Source: Ostrea edulis
Lineage: Eukaryota
Direction of reading: 5' to 3'
DNA: 64,000 bases
Assembly: GCF_947568905.1 (NCBI RefSeq)
Contig: NC_079169.1
Coordinates: 87,792,001-87,856,000 of the forward strand
Below the pieces are notes generated by a model that did no database searches, was not told where the DNA came from, and worked only from the letters and a program-made list of their open reading frames with translations. Shown here one piece after another: positions 37,701-49,700 of this stretch. Positions within the stretch are counted from its first letter, which is position 1. Every line of letters starts with the position of its first letter. The position numbers and the translations under genes were made by a program.

Positions 37701-40700
37701 CAGTTGGACCGGAAAAGGATTCTGCCGATATAACTGATATTTCATTCTCAGCCAGATCAAGGATCTCCAAGTGTGTGTTGTTTATAAAAGGGGATCCCCA
37801 AATGAATTGCAACCCGTAATTTTGAATTTTTAGAAATGTTAAATCCTCAATTCCAAGAAATAGGAAATCTTTGAGAATGCCGCTGGGGATCTTGTCAGGT
37901 GTCCCATCATAAATGTGCACGTGTTTCACCGGTCCAGCAAGTTCACTAATACTTACGTCTTCACAGACGGCCCCCAAGATGTCCCATGACGTGTCATTTT
38001 TTTCGCACAGAATACATTTCCTTGGACAGAGGGTGTTGTCTCTTTTAAGTGTACCCTCTATAAGAACCACTAGTAATGCTACATAAAATACAATCACTTC
38101 TTTCCAGTGAAGCATATCGGATGTTCTTCACAATTATTTAGCAAAGCACAACAAAATTTTGTAGGTCTTTTTGCATTTTCACATGTAGCATGCATCTGTT
38201 ATTATTACGCAAGAATGGGTGTTCTCCTTACAAGTAGCAAGTGCAAAGGTAATCTGGCAAAAGATCACAGTTCAGGCAACCAAAATGCCATTTTACAACC
38301 TCACATGACGTGTTTAGTAAATCAAACTGGATATAAATGAGCCACGTTTTCGTATGTTAATCATCAGGGGAGATAACTGTCTTTTACAGCTGTCATGAAA
38401 AGCATGAATAATCAACCGACAAGAATTGGTTCCTGTTTGTTCAGTATATCTAGGGTTTTAGTGGACCCCGTTTATTTACCCCCACTCTTTGTTAGTTTGT
38501 TAATCTGTTAAGTTTGGTCTGATAACTTTAATACAAATTAACGGCCATTTGTACGGAAGGTTTTAACCTGGATTTATTGGCATTTTTGAACTCTATCATT
38601 CATCTGAAATCATGGCAGAAATTTAGTGAATTTGAGTGTGATGTTTTCATGACATCTATTATAGTAAAATCATTAGAGAATTTTTATGTTTATTGAGGAT
38701 TTTCATTGTCAGATATACATGTACTCATAGTATTCAGAAATTTCAAAAGATTTTAATTAACTTAAGGTTGAATGAAAAACTATAAGAGATAATTTTACAA
38801 CAATACTACAATGTATTTTTAAAAAGTTACTAAAAGACTTCACCTCTGATATAATACAAAGTGGGGAAATTTGCATGTATTTGTAATTTTTAAAAAATAC
38901 AAATTCTAGAAACATTTTGAGATAAATTTAGAGCACCACAAGTGTGAATTAAGGTAAAGATAAGCTCAAAGAAAACCGACGCATCTCTATAGGGTAGTCT
39001 TAGCCATTCTGTATTGTTCAGTGGATAAAAAAACTATATAATTTATCCAACTTTTCTTTGAAAATAAATAGGAACAGAATTTAATTTCTTTAGAAAATAT
39101 CCCCTTTTGCTCAAATAATCTTTTTTTATTCAAATTTTTACCTTGTCTATATCGTCGAGTTGTTCTTATATATACTCAACAAAGTATTAATTTATTTCAA
39201 AATAATTATATTACCCAGAAAGCAATTAAATTTTGATTTCAGCTGTAGTGCATGATGTCTACATAACTCGGTAATTCTTCAATTCAAATAAAATAAAACA
39301 AAAAATCAAATAAACACTGAAAACATATCATTAATAAGGTTATACTCAAAGCTTATCAAGTGTAAAACAGTATTAGGTGTAAAACAGTAAAAAAAAAACT
39401 TTCTTGAAATGAAGACTTATTACCCTAGCTGAGTTAGTGCCTCACTCTGCAAGAACATTTAAAAATTAATGTACTTATTTACTAACTAACATGCACTACA
39501 GCTGAAATCAAAATTTAATTGCTTTCTGGGTAATATAATTATTCTGAAAAAAATCAATACCTTGTTACTCTCTTTATTGCTTAAGACATGTGTCTTATCA
39601 CATCAGTTACAATATATATACATAAATACGTAAAAATGGCATTGTATGGGGGTGTACAAATTCAAACAACAGAGAGTTGTTAACTTTGCACATTTTCAGC
39701 TCTTCACATTTTCAGATTCTTCACATTTTCAGCATCATCACATTTTTACTCTTCACATTTTCAGCTCTTCACATTTTCAGATTCTTCACATTTTCAGCTC
39801 TTCACATTTTCATCTTCTTTAGAATCACTGGGATAGTTTCATCCCAACTCAGTACAAAGCATCTTAATAGATTCAAGTTTGCATGTTTACATCATTACCC
39901 TTTGTCTAAGACCAGCTCACAAATGGGTTAAATGAATTCAAATTTTATTTAAATAATGGCCTCCGTGCCACTCTGAAGAAATTACATTAGAATATGAAGA
40001 AGAAAAATCTTCAGAAAAGAATACGTAAGAAGAAAAATCTTCCAAAAAGAATACTTAAGAATAATATAGGAATTTTTTTGATCAAGAATAAAGAAAACAT
40101 TGACCTAGAATATATAAGAAAATTTTACAGTTAAAGTATATAAATTTAGAATATATGGGGAGGAGGGGGGGGGGGACTTTGCAAAAATCAAAACGGTATA
40201 ATCTTGAATATATAAGATATATCTCAACAAGAATCAAAAAGGATATAATCAAGAAAGATCTTCTTAAGAATAAAAAAAGAATAGACTATACAGGAAAAAT
40301 CTTATCAAATATAAAAAAGAATATTTCTGTGAGATTCATTTTGAATGATTCTTTGTGCTGTGTTAAATCACTTTTGTTCAAGCCCTGTTCCGCGCGGCCC
40401 TGGAGTCAGTGCAAGGACATGATAGAGGATTTTTAAAAGTTGTAGAGTCAAATTTCTGTAATGTTTTTAATTAAGAAATGTGGAGTAGAAGGCTAATAAA
40501 ATGTTCAGGCATCTTCATACAATATAGATTCAAGTTCTACATACATTCATGTATTGAGTTGTCTTTATGCCCCCACTGAGGTTTTTTATTCCCCCACCAT
40601 GAAATGTCTTGGGCAGTTTGTGTTGCCCTCTTTCACCATTCCATCATAATTCAGTTTCTTTTCAATCATTATTTCTGCTACAGATGTGCATATTTAACTG

Positions 40701-43700
40701 AAATTTGGTATACAGATACATCGTGAAAATATCTAGACTAATTTTTATTTGGTTCTTGTTGAATAATTTTTAACAGAGTTATGCCCCTTGTACTTAGAAA
40801 ATTTTCAACAGTCGCAAATGGACATTTTGAACAGAAATTTGAGTTATGGCCTTTGGGCTGGGACATTCGCATTGCTCCTACATATCTATCTAGTACATGG
40901 GCCTCTTCTTTATTGATTTAAATAATGGCTTAAAGATTAAGTTTGAAACAGTTTCAAATGCATGTGACATTGTGTACTCCAAAATCACCACATACCCTGG
41001 TAACCACTGTGATGGAGTTTTGTATTATCTATTGGAATTTACTACAAGGAATGTCATTCATAATAAAAGTTGTATTTCTCGGAGGTTCTGGTTTCAAAGT
41101 ATAAGCTTATCAATACAAAATAAATTGTATTGTTGTCTATATATTGTATATATATCAAAATTTGTTCAAATCAATACAAAATAAAATCTGTGTTTGTAAG
41201 CAATTTATTTTCCCAGCAATTGAGATAATACAATAGAATGAGAGTAAAGTGACTACAATATCTCAGAAATCCTAGCTTATTTTCAGATTTCAGTTGTGGT
41301 AACATCATACAAGGACATTAATTAGTTAAAATCAGTAATTAAGTGCATCAGTTTATAAGAATTCTGTAAAATGATACGTTACTGTAACCCAGGCTCCGTG
41401 TTTTTCGACAGCGATTGTTCAGTGCGATATCCATTAGCAAAGACACTGTTAGAATCTATATCATTACAAGTGTTTGTCTGATCCATCTCCATTTGTAGTT
41501 TGACATTTTGCACCACTGGATTTTGAATTTCAATCTGTTTGTTGCTGTAAGTTGTCTCGCTGCTTTCAGCATTAAGATTGCTTGGTTTACGTTGATAAAA
41601 TGTCTCCATCTCGAGTGAAAAACTCTGTAAATCACACAAAGTCACTGTGGTGTGTTCAACTGAAGAGGGAGGGATGGAGTAACTTCTGCCGAGTTTTCTA
41701 GGCGTGTCCAAAATCCTGGAAACTCTGTCCAATGAAGTATCAGCAGTTTTTGGTCGCCGACCTTTTGGATCGGCGTCTTCTCTTACCCCGAGGTTGCTTC
41801 TGAGGGGCTTTACCTTCATTATGGTAACCCTCGGCGCTCTCACCTTGGACTTGGGGAGCAATTTTTGTAGTCGTTTATACCATTCAGTTATTTTCTTATT
41901 GAGTATAATGTAAAATATCACATGAAGCAATACTAGAACAACTAACAGGGTTGCCATGGTGATAGAAATGGTCACTTCCTGTGTTGTTACATTTGTATCG
42001 ATCACAGAATCACTGACCAGACTGGTGGACGACATTCTAGCGCAGATAGGGAAGCACAATCCCTGTACACAAAACTCCGACCTCACACAGCTCTTTCTCT
42101 TGTATGACAGAAAACAACAATAATCCCCTGCAAATAATGGTTGGTTCCAAATTTGTCAAAACATTCAGTTTTTTTCACAGTATTTTTTTTTTTACCAAAA
42201 ATAGCTTGTTTCATGTCATTCTACAGTCTGTATTTATTTCCATTCCCAGAGGAAATGTGATAAAATTATGAATCAAAGCCGGATTATATTTATGTCCACA
42301 CTTGGATGCAGTTGATAAGCCTATGTTTGCCTCAGAGACTCACTGTAAACTGTAATACATACTCTATCAGTCTAATTTCTCTTTAAAAAAAAAAACAACC
42401 AACAACACATCATTGCACACACAGAGACAGAAATAATTGTTTTGAAGTTGCCAACAATTCTTTTTATTGGCCTATATTTCTTGAGTACCTATTAAACTTT
42501 AAGCGTGAAATAGCTGATAGGTTTAGATTCCCATTGGTCAGTCACAATTCACTCGCAGGAATCACCATACCACTTCACAGACTCCATAATTCAGAAGTAA
42601 GGACTTCAGTCACGTCTGCAGTGCAATGAACTTTATTCTAACTTCTCGGTTAACAAATAAAGTGTTTATATTTGTATTTCTGCATGAAACTGAAAACCAC
42701 AGCTATGGGGGAAAATAAAAGTTTCATATCTTGATTTTAAAAAAAAAATCAATTGATGAATTCTGGAGATATGAGTGGGCCTGGGTATTGAAAGGCTTAG
42801 GTTTGTTACATCCCAGATCACTAGGCCATTGGATAACTCTCTCCTCGGCATTGATCCGGGATCAGTAATTGACAGTAGTCTCCATGGGTCTGCAGGTTGG
42901 CTTCACAAATCTTCAGCCACTTCTGAAGTGTTACAATATCAACACTCATTATTTTTATCTATTAATCATTTCTAGTTTGTTGATGTGTATTTGCTCTGCT
43001 CTTTCTAGTGTTTTCTTTGTTTCAGTGTAACATCTTTGTCAGACAGGCACTTTGACACTTTTTAAGAGTGTCAAGACAGTTGGTATTTGTGATAGAAAAT
43101 TAACAATCACAAGATTAAGATGCATGTTTGAAGAAATGAAAAATCTGCAATTATAGGAAAAGATTAGAGATCACTAAACCCATTTTGCATATAGTGAGAC
43201 ATTTATTTGTACAAAGAAAACAGCATTATATGGTGTTCAATCAATTTACAGGTATTGTAATGTTTGTCTCAGACATTTAAGGATTTCCGACATCCGTTTT
43301 AGAAGAAAACAACAAAATTATTTTGATAAGCCACACAAACAGATTTCTGATGAAAGCCACTCAGTGAATGACGGCCGTTGTGGTTTGATTTTTAGGTCGG
43401 ATGGTTTGCAGTTCAGTGCCAGCCTTTCCCCGACTTGCTGGTCGAGTGAGGAAGCTTTTCACTTTGGCTTTTGCACCAAAGCTGATGCCAGAGGATGGCC
43501 CAGCAGACTCACCAAAGTCGCAGCTTATCATGGTCTCCATGGCATCGACATCACCTTTACTGAATCCACTCTGCTTAGCCGAGAGTCTTCGCTTCTTCTC
43601 TCTGTGCTTTCTTCGAACTCGGCATATGATACATAGAATTGGTCCTAAAATGATGGTGAATCCTATGATGATTCCCACAATGATACCAAAGGTGGAGGAG

Positions 43701-46700
43701 GGAGATAACGAGGCCTCGGTAGGAATTGGGGCCTTCTGAACACTGTCCGGTGGCGTACTCATTTCAGGCCATCTCTCCACAACCGCCATGGTAACCCCCA
43801 TATGATTTGGATTTAGGGGCACGGGAGTTGTCCTATTGATTGGAACAGTGATGACTTGTTCATGGTTTATCATGTGTACCTGGTCTCCTTTCTGGACTTG
43901 GATCTCAGTGTCTACATTCAGTGTGATGACTTTCCCTGTGGTGGTAGGCATCTCTCCTAACATTGGAGCCAGGTCTGGTATTGTTTGACTGTTGTTGGAT
44001 TTAGCAGATACCACATTCCCAGGGTGCTGAGCTATCCCTATAGCTTGCTGCATGATATCTTGTGTTTTAAAGACGGATGCTGGAGTTACTGGCCCAGATG
44101 GAGAGTTGGAGGTTATTGGAGGTGTCTGTGGCCACCCCATGTTGACCGTGTTTTGATTAGGCTGTGCTCTTGGGTTTTGATTGGGTTGCACTGTTTGATT
44201 TTGAATCATTGTAGCCATGTTTCTTGGAATGTATTTTGAGGAAAACCTAAAGCTAGCTCCAGTCCTTGGAATGCTGATTCTCTTTACATCCTCAGCTACC
44301 ACTTCAGCAGGTTTGGGTGTCGGTCCTTTCTTCTGTGCTTTAACAGTCTCTAGATGTTTTGTCCAGGGTGGTGGAGGAACGTTTCCTTCATATCTGTACT
44401 GCATTTTGTACCTTGTTTCCCGGTTGTTGATGGCGTCCATTATGGAGGCCACTGATAAGTCCTTGTTGTCTCTCTGTCTGTACACCTCGTTCAGGACAGC
44501 TTTAACCACATTGATGTTAGTTTTGGTTCTGCCTTCTTCTTTCTCTTTCTCCACTTCCTTTTCCACGTCTCCTTGTTTCCCTCCGTCTGGGTCTGGTTTC
44601 ATGGTACCATGTGGATTCCAGTTCTGTCTCCTTGAGGAAGGTGTCCATTGATCGTATCTCTGAGGTGGTCGACCTTGGTTTGTGTTAGCCTGTGGTTGTG
44701 GAGGCCATCCCCTTGTTTCACTCTGTATTCGCTGAATATTTTTAACACCCTGACTCATGATCTCACTTTTCTCTGGTTGTCTTGTCTGATTTAAAGTTAG
44801 ACCAGTCAATCTGTCTCGAGGCATAGGTGCCCAGCCTGATGGTGGAGCCGGGTTGTATGACGGCTGATTTTTCTGAGCATTTTTCTCATTATTCTTTCTG
44901 TTTTCCAGGTGATCCGGAGTATCCGGTTTGTAGGGCCTAGTCCATGGATTAAATCCAAAACCATTGAAACCATAACTGTAGGGATTATAAAGATAGTTCC
45001 GTGGATTGGTCATGATCTGGCTTTGGTTTTGTCCAGTCATACTTGTAGAGTTAGTAGTTTCGTTTCCATTTCCCCATCCTATTCTTCCTTGGTGTTGGAA
45101 CTCCGCTAGCTTGGGTCTCAGGGTATTTGATTGCGCTGAATTTCTTCTAGTGAATGCCATGGTAATGTTGCCTGTGCTGTTTGCACTCTTTGGATCGGTT
45201 CCAGTCCAGACCCCTAATCGGGTGTGAGGTCTCTGAGGAAATCCGGTCTGAGGTCCAGATCCAGGTATCCTAGGGGCCATCCCAGGTGCAGGTACAGGAT
45301 GTGGAAAAGCCATAGGTGGAATAATGTCCAGTCCCCCAAATTTGCTAGCATACTGATTCATCTCGTGCATGGCTTGCATAGCCTGCATTCGTTGATACAT
45401 AGTGTCTAATCCATCAGGGAGGTCAGGGTCTAGCAGGGGAAGTCCTGGGCCAGGGAAGGGGGGTGCTTGATTCCAGGGCCCATACGGTGGTCCATTGCTA
45501 GGATATGGTGGTGGCCCATTGTTCCAGTTTCCATTCGGAGGCCCATTATTTTGTGGGCCATTCTTCCAATTATTGTTTGGTGGACCACTATTCCGATTAC
45601 CATTAGGGGGTCCACTGTTCCAATTTCCATTTTGGGGCGGACCATTCCGGTTTCCGTTAGGGGGACCATTATTCCAGTTACCGCTGGGTGGTCCAGCATT
45701 CCAATTACCACTCGGTGGTCCAGCATTCCAATTGCCTTTAGGTCCATTATTGATGTTTGTGGGACCACCACTCCATTTGTTATTGGATGGTCTGCCTCGA
45801 GAATTTCCACTGCTCCGCATTGAGGTTCTACCTTGCGAGTTTCCACTCGTCCATGATGAGGGCCCACCTTCCCAATTTTTTCTTGGAGGTCCATTGTTCC
45901 AGTTTGAAGACCCAGAGTTCACCTTGGGCTGTAAATTGCTGTTATAGTTATTCTGGACATTTTTGTTTTGCGAGTTGGATGAATTTTTTTGAGTTGTCTG
46001 GTTGGTTGGAAACCCAGGGTTTGAATTTTGTCCTGTTTAGAAAAAAAAAAAGAAATTAAATCAGTCTTATTCATAATGTGGTGGTGTTTCATAACCATAC
46101 GAAATTACAAGTGCAAATTAGTTGATATATTTGAAACTGTAAATGTGTAAAGGAGATGTAACAAATCAAAGAAAATTATATTGAATTAGAAAGTATGCAT
46201 GATGATTTTTTGAAATTTGAAAACTTTCAAATATACGTTATTTAATGAAAGGTAAAAGTTTAAGGAGGTACTCTACATTGTCATAATGGCTGGCTTCCTT
46301 TTAAAATATGGATGAAATTATAAATATCAGCAATATTTGTCTATCCATTTAAAAAATTATCGCCTAACTGAATAGCTCAGTAGGTTAGCATGTTGACTGC
46401 TGAACTGTAGATCGTGGGTTCGAGTCCAGCAGGGTTTTTTAATTTTTTTCAGATCGCTTTAAGTGAATTTGAAAGTTTTAAATTTCAAAATATTGTTGTA
46501 CATATCATCCACTTTTCATCCATATCAAATTTCTCTGGTGTAGCATACCTCCTTAAATTGTGTAGAGAAGGAAAAAAAAAACCTGTGTGACTCGCGGATC
46601 AAACTCACAATCTACAGATCGACAGCATTTTGCTAAAACCACTGAGCTAAACAGCGTAAGTAACAAAATTTAAAGAGGAAGAATGTATCACTGATACAAA

Positions 46701-49700
46701 TGTACATGTTTATTCATTTGTGTTTCGAAAGAAAGTTAGCAATTATGGCAATGTGGTATTCCTCCGTAGATAAATTCCATAGCATTGTATGAAATGATCA
46801 TGGTTTCCAGTACAATACAAGATGGACCAAATTAACAAGAGTACCCCTTACAGAAACTAAATACTTAGTGGTCAATAATATATTTAACAAAAACTGTTAT
46901 CAGATACATTTGAGTTTAAGATAAATTTGGCTTCCAAGGTTAATGAAGTAAATCTGCACAATGGTTACTTAACGGACTTAACACAAAGGCTAGAAGATGG
47001 AAAACTTAACGGAATTAACACAAAGGATAGAAGGTGGAAAACTTAACGGAATTAATACACAGGAGAGAAGGTGTAAAACTTAACAGAATTAACACAAAGG
47101 CTAGAAGGTGTAAAACTTAACAAAGGAGAGCAGGTGTCAAACTTAACAGACTTAACACAAAGGAGAGAAGGTGTCAAACTTAACAGAATTAACACAAAGG
47201 AGAGAAGGTGTCAAACTTACCTTGGTTCCTTGTCTGTGCAGTGATTTCTTCCCACAAAAGTATCCCCAAAAGAAAAACTCCGAAAAAGAATTTGTCCATT
47301 TTGTGGCTTTATGTATGAGTTTTATAGTACTTCTTTAACTTATTATGGAAAAAGGTGCATCTCTGGATATAGAATAGAGATGAATGATGTTTAATGATGC
47401 AAGTCATCGTGAAATTGACACAGGGTGATTAAGAAGTTTGAAGTCTTGATTAATGGGTAATTGTTCACTGAAGACATTTGTCAAGTAAACTATAGGTGTA
47501 ATCTCAATGGGTCTGCAGGCAGTTCTGTGTTAGGTACAGCCCCTAGACCTACCAGAAAGCAGGGGTACATATAGACCACATGTGTTGTTTGTGAAATATC
47601 ACTTGCACATTTTTTTTTGGAATTATACAAATTGTTTGTAAATATTTTTTTTAAAAATTAGAGAAATACATGTATGTTGGTCTTGTGGAAATAGTTTGCA
47701 ATGAAGTAAATCAGCTGAATTGCTACCATGATAAATAAATGATTTATGAAATTAAGAATTTGTTTTTGAGGGACATTAAAAGATGTGCAATGAGCTGTTG
47801 AATTAGCGCTAATGGATGAAGCCAGCAATACTAATATAAGTATTTTCATATTTATTGAAGTTTAAATACTGGAAATTCTAAAACCAAGATTATTCTACAA
47901 TATGGACTCCGTTATATGAGGGAGATAGTATTTTCCCAAGATAAGTGCATAAAATCCTTGTATGAAATGTTCATCAATATTCAAGAAAATTTGATTTGTA
48001 ATTATGAAAAAAAAATTACTGATGAGCTTTGATGAAATGAACTCTGATAAGCTTTAGTTTAATTACTAGGTAACGGCTTGATTTAGCAAGGAACGTTATA
48101 AAATTACACGCCTGGTCTATGATAACACCATGTAAGCGGTATGATTAATTTTCCTTCACCTGTAGCTTGTAAACAAGATCAAACACATATTGTGCCAATC
48201 TTCCTGCCTCCAGGATAATGATGGACATTATAATGTTAGTTCTGCAAGTAATCTCAGCAATTAATAACAAGAGATTTCTTAGATATCGACTCTTGTCAAA
48301 TAAATGTGTTCCACTTCAAAGGCAAGGGAGCTAATCCATGTTGAAATGACAATTTTAGCGACAGCTCTGTTGTTTATCTGTCGAGGACAAACATCATTAA
48401 ACAGGGGTCATTGAACTTCAAGGTGGTGAATTTGTAGGTATTTTTTCTTAGGTGTTTGTATTCTGGGTTGGGTTTTTTTTTTGGTTGGGTTTTTTTGGGG
48501 GGGGGGGGGTTTTCTTTCTTTTATTGACATCCCAATATAGTTTAAATACCTTTATTTCAGTGTATATCTCAGAAATAAAAATTTGCTAAATTTATATTCA
48601 ATTTCAAGAATTAAACAAGCAGATAAGATAATTAACATTTTCAATCTGTTAATTAATCTTGCTGAAATTTTCATTTTGAAAGAGCAATAGAATTGTGAAA
48701 ATTGAACTTTTTTGACATTGAAAATAACAAGACAGTTTTTACAATATATTTTGTGTTTATGGCAATATATTTAAAAGTGTTTACTGATGGCCTTGTGTTC
48801 TTATTTGACAGGTGAGTGGTGAGAAAGTGAGCAAAGTGAGTCTGGTGGACTTGGCAGGCAGTGAGCGCGCTCAGAAAACTGGAGCCGTCGGAGATCGCCT
48901 GAGAGAAGGCAGTAACATTAACAAGTGAGTGAGATCAAAGGGAAATAACTCTGAAGTCTGCGTCGTTCAGCTAAAAATCATTCCTTCTTGTTCAAAGAGA
49001 AGTAACTCTAACAGGCTTTAAGAGAAAATTAAATATTTCAGTAACATTTAGGTAATATTTTTCAAATGCTAATTTATAAGAGCTGAAATTGAACAAGAAC
49101 TTCAAACGCATTACAGGAAAAAATTCTTGATTTTCAGGTCCCTGACAACATTGGGCCTGGTCATATCCGCTTTAGCTGATCAATCAGCAGCAAGCAAGAA
49201 GAAGGACAAGTTTGTTCCATATCGAGACTCCGTGTTAACATGGTTACTCAAGGTTTGAACCCAAACTCTACACCTCAACTTTCAGTCATTTTAAACTCCT
49301 CCATAAAATGGAAAGGAGACTTCAATTGATGAAATAAAGAAATTTTCAAAAAAAAAAATTTCAAACATTGTCATTAACTACAGACACGAACAGTTTAGAT
49401 TTCCTTATGTGACTTTTCAGAGGACCAGGCTAGAAAGGTCACTTAAGAGTCTCTTTATACAGACTTTGTCTTGCATGACCTTTCATGGGAACCAGCAAAA
49501 AATGGGTCACAAAATATAGAGATTAGAATGAAGCCATTAACAGATTATACAGTGACCAATGTATTGATGAATGATTTTCATGCAGATCCTATCTACATTT
49601 AGTACATATTCGGCCTATATTTTAGAAAAAGTATTGTTAATTTTTACTTCCATGTATAAATATAATTTTTCCACCGTGGATCTCTAAAATAGAAACACGT

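Noticed and set aside
42760-42960. GC-elevated patch with short ORFs on both strands (including a 42-aa minus-strand [14 protein letters not shown]...)
   Set aside because: No recognisable motif and no splice sites linking it in frame to neighbours; could be UTR or a decayed insertion
43364-45947. Plus-strand ORFs overlapping the 916-aa gene, and those overlapping the LRR gene at 33998-37819
   Set aside because: Antisense shadows of real coding sequence with biased codon composition
46365-46435. tRNA gene
   Set aside because: A and B boxes are present but the anticodon and acceptor stems pair poorly, and it lies inside a repeated MITE
42082-47299. Alternative splicing of the 47299-47221 signal exon onto the 41379 ORF
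   Set aside because: The exon ends in phase 1, while the AGs at 42099-42063 give only phase 0 or 2 for that frame
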